From Lingula anatina (Eukaryota; Animalia; Brachiopoda): a stretch of 64,000 nt of DNA. Of the stretch, positions 42,954 through 55,843 are shown in pieces. Made by a program: the position numbers and the translations under genes. Every line of letters starts with the position of its first letter. Position 1 is the stretch's first letter. Below the pieces are notes generated by a model. The model ran no database searches. It had not been told where the DNA came from and saw only the letters and a list, made by a program, of their open reading frames with translations. The DNA is taken from contig CM120645.1 in assembly GCA_051362555.1 (NCBI GenBank), positions 17,980,001 through 18,044,000 on the forward strand, in the 5' to 3' direction.

Positions 42954-45353
42954 TATGCTTTTACATTTTGTTTGTCGATATTTTAGGACAAGAATGTGAT
43001 GCCAATATGAATCCAGAGTGGATGTGGATTAATAAATTATGTTCATATTTAAGTAGATGAAATTGTATTTGTTTTCTTTTTTAGGATAAAGTAATGATAC
43101 ACAGAGGAGGCCCGTTCTTTGTGGTCGAAGCAGGCAAAGGCACATCGACTCATTCCTATTTATAAATAAATGATTTGATGTTTGAAGATGAAGTGGTTTT
43201 ATTCGTTGAGAGTTATTAGACGATAAATAATTTATATATGTTTAAGCTTAAGCGAATTAGAATATAAATGTATTTATTGTTGTTTAACGGGTCAACGATG
43301 ACGTGTCTTAGGAGGAAGGTCATTAGGAGGTACAGGGGGCGCTGTATTCAAAAGGTGAACAGATCACGTGAGGATGGGAAACGATCATTCGAAATAAAAG
43401 TTTTTGTATAAAAACATTTGTATAAAGATGGGGTTTGATTATGCGTTATAAAATTATCAGATTCATATTAGTAAGAACTCTACCGGAATTGGAATTAGGC
43501 TATGCGGGAAATCTAACTGGTGACAGAGCAAACTTTGTATGTAATATTGTATCGTCTGTACACAGGCAGAGGCACATCGACTCATTCCTATTTATAAATA
43601 AATGATTTGATGTTTGAAGATGAAGTGGTTTTATTCCTTGAGAGTTATTAGACGATAAATAATTTATATACCTTTAAGCATAAGCGAATTAGAATATAAT
43701 TTATGTGTCTGTTTATACTCTGATAACAATACAGAATAGAATATAATGCAAACAGAATATAAACAGACACACAGAGATACATAAGGTAAACAAACACACA
43801 GGGATACAGTGACAACACAATCATGCAGAGTAATAGTAATGATTACAAACAAATAGAGTGACAACAACTAACACAGTAATCAAAATAAATACAAAGAAAC
43901 ATAGTCACAAAACAGACATACACTGTGATTAGAAAAAAGTTTCACATGTACAGTGACAACAGTAACGTTCACAGTAATGACAATGAACACAAAGGAAAAG
44001 ATTGAAAATGCAGTCGTACACAGTCATCTCGATATGTTCAAACACATTTAGTAACGATACAGAATAAACACAGCAAACATTGATCAGAATTAAATAAAGA
44101 CACAAAAAGTAACAACACAAACATACACAGTGATCAAAATAAAACTACAATTAAGATATAGTAATGATTACAAACAAAGTGACATACACATTGATGAAAA
44201 ATATTAACATGTACAGTGACAATAGTAACGTGCACAATAATCAAAATGAATACAAATTAACAAACACAGTCACAATACAGACATACACAGTGATCAGAAT
44301 AAATTTTGACATGCACAGTGACAACACAACCATGCACAGTAACAAGAATGAACACAAATTAATTGGGTGATTACACTTTCATACACAGTGATCACAATAT
44401 ATATGTATACAAACACATTCAATGACAATACAGAATGGAAACAATTATCAGAGTATAAACAGACACATAAACTATGATGACAGTGACAACACCAACATTA
44501 ACAGTTAAAATAATAACTAGAAATAAATAAACGTAAGCAGAATGACTACAAACAAATAGAGTGACAAAACTGACATACACAGTGATAAGAAAAAAATTCA
44601 CATGTACAGTGACAACAGTAACATGCATGATAATAAACACAAGTAAAAAGAGTAAAAAACATAGCCACACACAGTCATCACAATATATACAAACATATTC
44701 AGTAACAATACAAAATAGACACAGCAAATAGAATATTAACAGACACATAGATATAAAGTGAACAACATCATCATGCAGAGTAATAGTAATGATTATAAAC
44801 AAATAGAGTGACAAAAATAACAGACACAGTGCTAATAATAAATACAAACATGAACAGTGACAAGACAAACATGCACAGTAATCAAATTAAATGCAAACAA
44901 ACACAGTCAAAATACAGACATACACAGTGATCGGAAAAAATTTTTGATATGTACAGTGACAACAGTAACGTGCAGCATAAGAATGAAGACAAGGAAAAAG
45001 AGTGAAAACATAACCCTACACAGTCATCACAATATACAAACACATTCAGTAACAATGCAGAATAGACACAGCAAACATAAGATAAACAAACACACAGGCA
45101 TACAGTGCCATGCACAGTAATAATAATGATTACAAACAAATAGTGACAAACTGACATAAACAGTGATCAAAATAAATATTGGCATGTTCAGTGACAATAG
45201 TAACGTGTACAATTATCAAACAAACACAGTCATAATACAGATGTATACAGTGATCAAAATAAATTTTGACATGTACAGTGACAACACTACCATGTACAGT
45301 AACAAGAGTGAACACAAATTAATCGGGTGATTACACAGTCATACACAGTGATC

Positions 45354-45392
<39 letters not shown>

Positions 45393-45421
45393 AAAGAAAA
45401 AGAAGAACAGCAACTTTCTTG

Positions 45422-45452
45422 CCCCGACCGGTTTCTTTCTTTCTTCAGGGGG
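45422..45452 (-). ncRNA. Mirror copy of the hammerhead-like motif
   Basis: Reverse complement of 46147-46177. Confidence 0.6.
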
Positions 45453-45542
45453 TTTTGTTTATTTGTTACTAGGTGATGTCATAAAGGCTTGAATGTGACG
45501 TCTTTAACAATGAGTGTTTAATTGTTACTTTTACCAATGCTT

Positions 45543-45870
45543 TTATCTATTCAATGTAGGTTTATACTTATTAATGAATAGATTTTCTTTTATTTCCCTT
45601 TCTGTTTGGGTTGTTTCCCTGGTGAATTTATAAAATGGGAATACCGTAAAATCCTTGTTTTTGTTCATAGAGCATTCCCTAATGTGCCCACTCACAGACG
45701 TGCACTGGTATTTAGGTTGTCTTATTTGTTGTCTGTGAACGGTCATTCTATGTCAGAGAGTGTCTCCAGTTTGTCCTATATAGTTCTCACCGCATCCACT
45801 GCAAGTTAATACATAGATTAAATTTGAGCTGGTGCAGGTGAATGGGTGTTTGATTCTGAATGTAAGTCCA
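45543..45870 (-). pseudogene. GIY-YIG endonuclease C-terminus of a Penelope-like element
   Basis: FTCTSSNLIYVLTCSGCGENYIGQTGDTL*HRMTVHRQQIR...VSGHIREC...EREIKENLFINKYKPTLN, with one internal stop. Confidence 0.9.
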
Positions 45871-46146
45871 TAAATAAGACAACCTAAATACCAGTGCACA
45901 TCTGTGAGTGGGCACATTAGGGAATGCTCTATGAACAAAAACAAGGATTTTACGGTATTCCCATTTTATAAATTCACCAGGGAAACAACCAAAACAGAAA
46001 GGGAAATAAAAGAAAATCTATTCATTAATAAGTATAAACCTACATTGAATAGATAAAAGCATTGGTAAAAGTAACAATTAAACACTCATTGTTAAAGACG
46101 TCACATTCAAGCCTTTATGACATCACCTAGTAACAAATAAACAAAA

Positions 46147-46177
46147 CCCCCTGAAGAAAGAAAGAAACCGGTCGGGG
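46147..46177 (+). ncRNA. Minimal type-I hammerhead ribozyme-like motif (stem II degenerate)
   Basis: CCCC-CUGAAGA-AAGAAA-GAAAC-CG-GUC-GGGG: core boxes, palindromic ACCGGU stem III and 4-bp stem I, in the Penelope 3' region. Confidence 0.6.
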
Positions 46178-46314
46178 CAAGAAAGTTGCTGTTCTTCTTT
46201 TTCTTTTATTATATATAATATTACTCGTACAGGAAAAACGTTTTCATTTTTAATATATATATATATATATATATATTTTTTCATTTTTACATTTTTTGAC
46301 TTATGAATAGCACA

Positions 46315-46346
<32 letters not shown>

Positions 46347-48573
46347 TTTACATACTTTCTCTCTCAGTGAAAAAAATCACAATATATATACAAATACATT
46401 CAATGACAATACAGAATGGAAACAGTAATAAGAGTATAAACAGACATGTATATAAACTACATGTATGATGTCAGTGACAACACCAACATGCACAGTTAAA
46501 ATAATGACTAGAAAAAAATTAACTGACAAAACTGACATCCATATTGCTGATAATAAATACAAACACAAACAATGCCAACACTAAAATGCACAGTAATCAA
46601 AATGACTACAAACAAATAGTGACAAAACTGACATACACAGTGCTCACAATAAATACAAACATCAACAGTAACGACACAAACATACACTGTGATCACAAAA
46701 AATACAAACCCAAACACTGACAAAACAAACATGCACAGTAATGATTATGGTTATATACAAACAGAAGGACAAACAGACTTTAACAGTGATCAAAATTATA
46801 TGAAGACATTCAGTAACAATACAGAACAGACACAGCAAAAAGAATATTAACAGACACATAGAGATACATAAGATAAACAAACACACAGGGATACAGTGAC
46901 AAAACAATCATGCAGAGTAATAGTAAAGATTACAAACAAATAGAGTGACAAAGCTGACATACACAGTACTCACAATAAATAAAAACAAGCACAGTCAAAA
47001 TACAGACAGTGTACAGTGGCAACAGTAATGTTAGCGTTAGCGTATTATATGATGGGCTAGGGGATTTTGCCAATAGAGGGGTTAGTGTGAGAACTAGTTA
47101 TTTTTCATACCACTTGGTATGTATTCCCACTCACAATATGATGATGTAGAGGTATGACCCTTTTAAGCTCAAGAAGTAGGGGTAAACTTACAGTTAATAG
47201 CAATGAATTTATTTTGTTTAGGTGTTATCTTGTGTGTGTGTGTGTGTGTGTGTGTGTTGTTTTAAGGAATCGCACATATAATATGAGAACCGAATAACTG
47301 AAATGAGTTGAAACAGCATTAGAAGGAGCAGATTTGTGCACTGTATAAATTAACGTTATTATTTATAAGCATTTTCACATGATTATTTTAAAATGAATGT
47401 TTGATAAAGATAATGTTTCAGGGTATTGACTTTGGCAACTGAGGAAGTGGGGAGGGGGGGGGTCATTGTACTGAGCTGGCGCAATGCCAACATACATGTA
47501 TATGCATGTAATTAATTTTATTCATTTCCACATATAATATAAATGGGCAAAACAATCCACATCATTATACATATTATAAAATGAATATTATATTATTTAT
47601 AAATGGGCAAAACAATCTGCACAATCAAAATATAGGCCTACATGTTACATTAACCAAGTTTATAGGCTACAAGTTGGGAATTAACGATGTTGTCAGGGGA
47701 ATTAGTACGAGTACCCCCCCCCCCCCCTCCCCGTTAATTTATTCTTTTGTAGTTGAAATTGTTAGTTACATCTATGAACTTAGATAATCTGAGGATACAT
47801 GAAATTAAATGGCTTAATTACACTTTACTAATCAATTTCAAATGAATAACATGCAGTGGCAGATTTAGGGCCAGGTGTGTGTTGGGTCCCGACTCCCCCC
47901 TTCGATGTCTGTAAAAAAATAACATTATGTTGAGAAAAGTGGGAACAGTGTGGGTTGATTTGTCCCATATATATAGTTTATAATGATTAACCTGTTAATT
48001 GTTTCTTGGCACCGATTTGTATATTTGATGCTAGCCCAGGAAGCAAAAAAGATATAACTGTTATTCTGCTAATTTATTGCCCACCAATGAAGTAGAATTA
48101 AACAATTTAATTGATCCATTCTTACCAAGACAAATGTTCAAAGCAAAAATATGCTCAGATGCTTTATTTACTACTTTTAAAATGTACATGTAGTTCTGTC
48201 TCATTTTTGTACTAGGTACCTAGCAATCTCTCAGGACGTATAAATGTTTAATCAAAATCAAATCAAAATCAGAGATTCAATATGAAAGACATTTGTTGTA
48301 GATGGATATTTTTTCTTTTGTTTAAACACTCCTTTTTGTTAATTCAATTTTGTTTTGGTGTTTTTTCCTGTTAGGAATCCTGTAACTTAGATTGTAGAAG
48401 TGAATAATTTGTTCACTGGATGCTGTTTTACTGAGTCACGCATATATTATCCACCGAGCCTAAACCTGTGAAACATTGGGTCAGGAGTTTTGCACATGCA
48501 TGCTCGCTATTAAGCAATGTCGTTGGTTACCAAATAATAGCAAAAACTAAATAAGTGTAGTCCCCCCCCCCCC

Positions 48574-48615
<42 letters not shown>

Positions 48616-48761
48616 ATTTATTCACATAAGTCTTATAATACTTTTAGCATAACTATGTCACCCACAGAAAAAGTAGTTTGAAAAATAAAAGGAAGAAAAA
48701 GATACAGTTTATAAAGAAAGTTTAACTAAATCTCCGTCATGGGATATATTACACATACATA

Positions 48762-48764
<3 letters not shown>

Positions 48765-48818
<54 letters not shown>
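48765..48818. repeat. (TA)n microsatellite
   Basis: Pure dinucleotide run. Others: (TTA)n ~34985-35018, (TA)n ~45357-45388 and 46253-46276, (CA)n ~46319-46346, (TG)n ~47232-47257, poly-C/poly-A 48563-48613. Confidence 0.95.
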
Positions 48819-48822
<4 letters not shown>

Positions 48823-49695
48823 TTTATATTTTACATTGAATACATTGTAAACAACTTGGACAAATATAACAAATTCTATTTTACCACCAAAATGGTGGTT
48901 CTTGCAATTATTCTGGAATCTGTGCTTGCCACTAAACCATATGTGACCTTCAATCTTCACAGATGATTAACCTCTGATAATCTCTTAAGAGATGGGGGAA
49001 ACACTCTAAATTATTAGTACCACCAGCATGTATGCTGGCAATACTCATGGTTTTAGTGACACTCGTTTGAATGCGCCCTTGTCATAATTTTTGAAAATTC
49101 AGTGCTAAATATCTCTCAAACCGAAGGAATTATGGGAAAAATTACTATAGAAGTCTGACCAAAAGTCATGTGGAGATTCCAAATATGCCCTTAGATTTTA
49201 CTTTCGACCTTTATTTCAGGGTCAAACAGGCTCTTAGGTGCGTGTACTGCAGGTAATAAAGAGACCTTCGATTTGGAACTGGAAAAAATTTTGCAAACCA
49301 CCCAAAATTAATTTTATTTTAATTAAGAATTTAACTGTATTCCTGATTCTCATAAAATTAACTAAGAGGGCTCTGGCATAACTTAAGTGGCTCTTTTACT
49401 TCACTTGCACAGTTTTGTTCAGATCTTAAATAATTTTTCCCACAATTATATAAAAATGGAGACATAAATACAGTACAGTATTATACCCTTAATTCAGATG
49501 CTAGTGCACATGACTTTTTAACAAGTCCATCATCCAGACACCACTTTCAAAAATATATCAACAGCATCCCATTTGCACTCTATACAAAGGGTAATAATAC
49601 AAACATATAAAAAGATGTAATGGAACCTCCACAGTTAATGCAAAATTTTGAACCAATGTTCTTCATATATAATATTTGATATAAGTGTATGGCAG

Positions 49696-49864
49696 CAGGG
49701 GCGGATTTAGGCCGTCTTCTGGGTCTTCCGGAAGACGGTCAGATTTTCAAGTTTACATTGACGGGTATCTAATTTTTTCTGTCGGAAGACGGTCAAAAAA
49801 TGGAGGATGGACCAACAAATATAATATGGAAGACTGTCAGAAAATATCTCTGGATCCGCCCCTG
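49696..49864. mobile_element. MITE, 169 bp
   Basis: TIRs CAGGGGCGGATTTAG / CTGGATCCGCCCCTG (13/15); perfect 5-bp TSD GGCAG. Confidence 0.88.
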
Positions 49865-50808
49865 GGCAGTATATAATAATAACACAATTTCCAGGATTTG
49901 GTAGTAGTAGCCTCTTACAGAATTATACTGGATCCATTATCATTTCTGCATTAAATAAAGACATTGCAGTTATAATCACTGGGCCAGTTAAGATTCCCTT
50001 TTGCACTTGTACAATTAAAAAAACTGTCACAAGTGTTGCATTATGACAAAATTAACCTGCTCTTATGCCCAATAGGTATTATTTTGAAATGCCTTTTGTC
50101 TGCAACAACTGAAAATCACGAAAAAGATACTATTAGTTATTAGCATTAATCATCAAACCAAAGGGATAACACAGCGACATGTTTTTATGTGTCAAAAACT
50201 GTGAGATCCTTAAAGGCTTTCTCTGGGCATAGTAAACTTTTAAGCAATTTAATGAATTTGCCAACTTAATCCATAAATTTAAATATTAATGCATTTCTTG
50301 AAAATAAATAAGAATACACATTACGTCTTTCTTAGAATTACATTTTTGGTATTTTAAATGTAACATCCAACTCTTACTTGTAAATTAAAATATCTCAATT
50401 CTCATTATTATTATTATTATTTTGACAAAATTAAATTCCATATTCATACCAATATTTCTTAAAATCAGAATAAATATAGCCTAAGCACTAAAAAGTCTTG
50501 TGGGAGATCTTTGGTGTTTTGTCCAATCCATATTCCAACAGGTGCTCCACTGCCTGAATAAAAAATAAAAAATGATAACAAAATTACTATTAATATACCA
50601 GGAAAAAAGGAACATCCCTACACAATGTTTTAATGTATATATACAAATGTGTCTATACAAAGTTAATTTTGTTGTTCAATACATTATAGATAAGTTGTTG
50701 TTGTTAATACTTCTATCATTATTATATTTATCAATTCTAACCAAATGTCATGATTTTCCATGTGACATTTAATGTTGTCATTTTATTGCACTTTGTTATG
50801 ATTCTTAC

Positions 50809-51185
50809 CTTCTTACCCCTGTTGCTAATCATAATATCCAGATAACTGTCAATTACCTAAAACATAAAGCATGTAACAGTTATATATTTCATATTAAAAA
50901 AATCAAACAGCAGAAAGAGAGATTAACATCTTCATAGGTTGAGTACATAGTAATCAGTAACAAGGCAAATGCTGTAAGGCATAATTTGAGTCCATGTAGC
51001 TCATTTTAACAATAGATATAGATGTGATTCTTATATTTTACCTGTGTAACAAAACTGTTTACGTACTTTATCAGCAAGCATCCCATTAAAAGATGTTATG
51101 CTATCATGTGTAATATGATGGGACTCGATGTTCTTTCCAAGTGTTATGTTGGTGCTTTGTGGAATGACAGCATCTTCAATGATAA
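50809..51185 (-). pseudogene. Two exons (51185-51067, 50856-50809) resembling the start of a Ulp1/C48 peptidase domain
   Basis: AG/GT-bounded open exons join in frame: ...SITSFNGMLADK|VIDSYLDIMISNRGKK, resembling the Ulp1 L.D.VI..Y motif. Confidence 0.55.
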
Positions 51186-51489
51186 CTTAAAACTTTTATA
51201 ATTTCAAAGTGGAGAAAACATTTGTTATATTTATAATATAAAAATATGATTGATTATGGTATTCATTTTAAAATAACACTTATCTTACAAATTGCACCAT
51301 TCCATAATACATTAAACTGTTCTCCTAACTCAAATGTACAGCAAGCAACTCAGAAAAAAATAATTAAAAATAAGAATAAAAATTATGGTCTGCAGTAATA
51401 TGATTATTACAAAATCCGCAGATAAAATTGACCAACTTTGAATATCGGGTGTCAGTTTGTCACCATTGACCATGAAAAACAACTAGATG

Positions 51490-51830
51490 GCTACACTTGT
51501 AGACTATGAAGAAGAAACTGAACTGGCAAACAATTTATGAACAGATAGAATTTAAAAAAGCAACTCTAGTTTTTAAATCATTAAAAGGACATTCACCAAA
51601 ATACATCAGGGACTTACTGGGTACATGTACCAGTACTACGACCATGGACCATGGACAGACAGAATCATCTGATTACGTAATAAGGGAAATCTCTGGCAGA
51701 CATAAAGACACAATTAAGGCCCAATATGGGCTTTGGATGAAATTGGAATTGCTTTAACTCTCAAATTAAAAACTCCAAAGACTTGGATACTTTAAAAATA
51801 TTTTTAAAAAATCAAAAGTATAAAGTATAA
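51490..51830 (+). mobile_element. 5'-truncated non-LTR retrotransposon 3' end (CR1/L2 group)
   Basis: KKLNWQTI..QIEFKKATLVFKSLKGHSPKYIRDL, then frameshifted LWNCFNSQIKNSKDLDTFK, followed by (TA)/(TG) repeats. Confidence 0.7.
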
Positions 51831-52238
51831 ATCTATTATATATATAATATATATATGTGTGTGTGTGTGTGTGTATGTGTGTGTAAGATAAATGTATACA
51901 CATACTGTATCAAGCTAAACGTGCAAAGAATTCTTTGTCCAAGTGGAAATTAACTAACACCAGTCTTGCAACTTCAAAAATAAAAGTGATCACTAGATTT
52001 ATCTCTATCTTTCGCACGCACGTGCACACACACACACACACTCACATGAAAACACGTAAACATAAATCTAAAGAGCGACCTTCATTGCTGTTAAATTTAC
52101 AGGCTATATTCAGGTTAATGTCTACGTCATCATATTGTGAGTGGGAAAACAGTGCACCAAATGGTATAAAAAATAACTAGTTCTCACACGAAGCCCTCTA
52201 TTGGCAAAATCCCCTAGCCAATCTTATAATATGCTAAC

Positions 52239-54942
52239 CGTTCAACATAATGAGAATGAACACAAAGAAAAAGAGTGAAAAGGAAGTTGTACACAGTCAT
52301 CACAATATATATATACAAACACATTCAATAACAATACAGAATAGATACAGCAAACATAAAATAAACAAACACAAAAGCATACAGATACAAAACCATCATG
52401 CACAGTAGTAATAATGAATATAAACAGAGTGACAATCTGACATACACAGTGATCAAAATATTAACATATACAGTGATAATAGTAGCATGCATCACAATGA
52501 GAATGAAAACAAGGAAAAAGAGTGAAAACATAGCTGTAAAAAGTCATCACAATATATATAAAAACATTCAGTAACAATACAGAATAGACACAGCAGACAG
52601 AATATAAACAGATACAAAGAGATACATAAGATAAATAAACAAACAGGGATACAGTGACAACTCAATCATGTAGAGTAATAGTAAAGATTACAAACAAATA
52701 GACTGACAAAATTGACATATACAGTGCTCACAATAAATACAAACACGAACAGTGACAACACAAACATGCACAGTAATCAAAATAAAAGAGTGAAGACAAA
52801 GTCATACACAGTCATCACAATATATACAAACACATTCAGTAACAATACAGAATAGACACAGCAAACAGAATATGAACAGACACATAGACGTACAGTGACA
52901 ATTTTACACCGTCATGCAGAGTAATAGTAATGATTACAAACAAATAGAGTGACAAAACTGACATACACAATACTCACAATAAATAGAAACATCAACAGTA
53001 ACAACACCAAAAAACACAGTAATCAAAATAAATACAAATAAACACAGTCCCAGTACAGACATGCACAGTAATTAGAAACAAATTTCACATGTACAGTGAC
53101 AACAGTAATGTTCAACGTAATGAGAATAAACACAAGGAAAAAGAGTGAAAACGAAATCGTACACAGTCATCTCAATATGAACAAACACATTCAGTAATAA
53201 TACAGAATAGACATAGCAAACAATATAAACAGACTTAGAGATATACAGTGACAACACCATCATGCAGAGTAATAATAATGAATAAAAAAGAAATAAGAGT
53301 GACAAAACTGACGTACATAGTGCTCACAATAAATACAAACACAAACAGTAACGACACCAACAAACACAGTAATCAAAATAAATACAAACAAATAGTCAAA
53401 ATACAGACATACACAGTGATTAAATAAAATTTGAAATGTATAGTGACAACAGTTACGTTCACCATAATGAAAATGAACACAAGGAAAAAGAGTAAAAAAC
53501 ATAGCCGTACACAGTCATCACAATGTATACAAACACATTCAGTAACAATACAAAATAGACACAGCAGCAGAATATAAACAGACACACACACATATAGTAA
53601 ATAACATCATCATGCAGAGTAAAAGTAAAGATTATAAACAAATAGAGTGAGAAAACAAATAGACACAGTGGTCACCATAAATACAAACACGAACAGTGAC
53701 AACACAAATTAAATACAAACAAATTAAAGCAATCAAATTAAATACAAACAAACACAGTCAAAATATAAACATACACAGTGATCAGAATAAATTTTGATGT
53801 GTACAGTGACAAGAGTAATGTTCACCGTAATGAGAATGATCAAAAGGAAAAAGAGTGAAAACAAAGTTGTAGACAGTCATCACAATATATATACAAATAC
53901 ATTCAGTAACAATACAGAATAGACACAGCAAACATAAGATAAACAAACACACAGGCATATAGTGACAACACCATCGTGCAGAGTAATAATAATTATTACG
54001 AAGAAATAGAGTTACAAACTGACATACACAGTGATTAAAATAAATATTAACATGTACAGTGATAATAGTAGCATGAACTGCAATGAGAATGAACACAAGG
54101 AAAAAGAGTGAAAACATAGCAGTAAATAGTCATCACAATATACATAAACACATTCAGTAACAATACAGAATAGACACAGCAGACATTATAAACAGACACA
54201 TAGATATACATAAGATAAACAAACACGCAGGGATACACACTTACAACACAATCATGCAGAGTAATAGTAAAGATTACAAACAAATAGTGACAAAACTGAC
54301 ATACACAGTGCTCACAATAAATACAAACAGGGACAGTGACAACACAAACATGCACAGTAATAAAAAAAAAATAAAAACAAGCACAGTCAAAATACAGACA
54401 TACACAGTGATTGGAAAAAATTTGAAGTGTACAGTGACAACAGTAAAGTTCACCATAATTAGAATGAACACAAGGAAAAAGAGTGAAAACGAAGTCGTAT
54501 ACAGTCATCACAATATATACAAACACATTCAGTAACAATATACACAGAATAGACACAGTAACCAGAATATAAACAGACACATACACATACAGTGACAACA
54601 CCATCATGCAGAGTAATAGTAATGATTACAAAAAAATAGAGTGACAAACCTGACATACACAGTGATCACAATAAATACAAACAACAACATTAACAACACC
54701 AACAAACACAGTAATCAAAATAAATACAAACAAACACCATCAAAATACAGACAAACACAGTAATTAGAAAAAAATTTCACATGTACAGTGACAACAATAA
54801 CAATAACAATAACGTAATGAGAATGAACACAAGGAAAAAGAGTAAAAACATAGACATGTGCACAATAATCAAAATAAATACAAACAAACAGCCACAATAC
54901 AGACATACACAGTGATCAGAATAAATTTTAACATGTACAGTG
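52239..54942 (-). repeat. Inverted diverged satellite, distal end of the array
   Basis: Reverse-complement monomer motifs continue until ...TAACATGTACAGTG at ~54942. Confidence 0.92.
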
Positions 54943-55551
54943 TTTATGCTCAATATATGTTTATTATGTTCAATATTTGTAATATTTGTTTACATTTTTG
55001 TTCAGTGCAATTTAACAATGCTCAGTATTTGAAACGAAAATCATTACAAAATACAACTAATGTATTCCTTATTGTATTTGAAACCTCACTTGTTCTGTTC
55101 ATGCTCGACATATATTTATTATAATCAGTATTTGTGCTCTTGATACTTGTGCCAAAGTGAATGTTATTACAACTCCACATAAAATTCAATGCAGTATTTC
55201 TGCTAAACATGTATTTTGACACTGGGAAAATCAAATTGAATCTGTGCCAAACAGGTGTCCATTGCATTTTGTCATAATAATAATCCTTATTTATCTAATG
55301 TTGATTACACTAATGAACTGCATATCTGGTTAATTTTATAGCAGCTTTTTATTTACTTTTTTATTTTCACAGTAGGTTGCATTGTATATACTCTTGTTAA
55401 TAATGCACCTGCTCTATGTAAAGTATATATCATTTTCCACATTTTTGTTCAATATATTTGATGTTGAATAGGACATTTACATGATAGTATTTTCATTACT
55501 GCAACAAAATTTGAGAAAAAGTTTTAAGCATAAAAGTGCAATTATTTCATC

Positions 55552-55843
55552 TGTGAACAAATTGTACAAAACTACAGGACATCCTCATCATTTGCTTCTT
55601 CAGAGTCCTTGTCAATTTCAACACAAGTCCAGTGAAACCACTTATCACACATTAAACACAATATGCTATATGCTTCTTTATCTTCAGCATTTTCTATACA
55701 TTTACTCTTGCAAATTTTACATATGTACACTGGGGTTTTTCTGGTTTTTGTTTTCACAGACTTCTTTGCTTTTACTTCTGTACTGGTAGAAACTAGTGCC
55801 CTGTCATGATTGTTGGATTCAATTCTGCTTTTCAAAATACGCC
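55552..55843 (-). pseudogene. PHD finger pseudogene fragment
   Basis: YICKICKSKC...SILCLMCDKWFHWTCVEI...VL*FCTICS: C4HC3 pattern, with a stop where W is expected. Confidence 0.8.

Larger units (their letters stand above)
37854..43699 (+). mobile_element. PAT/Ngaro-type DIRS-order (tyrosine recombinase) retrotransposon with split direct repeats, degenerate
   Basis: Repeats A1 37854-37978, B1 43131-43267, A2 43268-43393, B2 43563-43699. Order is gag, RT/RH/MT, YR. No TSD: the flanks rejoin as monomer CATTATAG|TTTATGTGTC. Confidence 0.93.
45382..46217. mobile_element. Penelope-like element 3' fragment with inverted pseudo-LTR (346-bp arms, 144-bp spacer)
   Basis: 45382-45727 is the reverse complement of 45872-46217, with 2 mismatches seen. 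Encodes a GIY-YIG domain. Flanked by (TA)n. Confidence 0.88.
43724..47030 (-). repeat. Same satellite family, inverted and more diverged
   Basis: CA-rich reverse-complement motifs (ACAGTGACAACA, CATGCAGAGTAATAGTAATGATTACAAAC). Confidence 0.92.
47036..52238. mobile_element. ~5.2-kb TIR DNA transposon relic (possibly Ginger1-like)
   Basis: ~115-bp imperfect TIRs (~47036-47150 and ~52121-52238; GTTAGC.TATTATA.GAT.GGCTAGGGGATTTTGCCAATAGAGGG...). The satellite resumes roughly in register on both sides. TSD is ambiguous. Confidence 0.8.

Noticed and set aside
45753-45944. ORF-track 63-aa protein with a novel N-terminus on GIY-YIG
   Set aside because: The N-terminal part is read from the inverted arm across the foldback junction.
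47854-47905. CAGTGGCAGATTTAGGG MITE-like start
   Set aside because: No matching second TIR or TSD was found.
43664-54906. Minus-strand hydrophobic ORFs and plus-strand T/N/K-rich ORFs
   Set aside because: The same satellite in inverted orientation.
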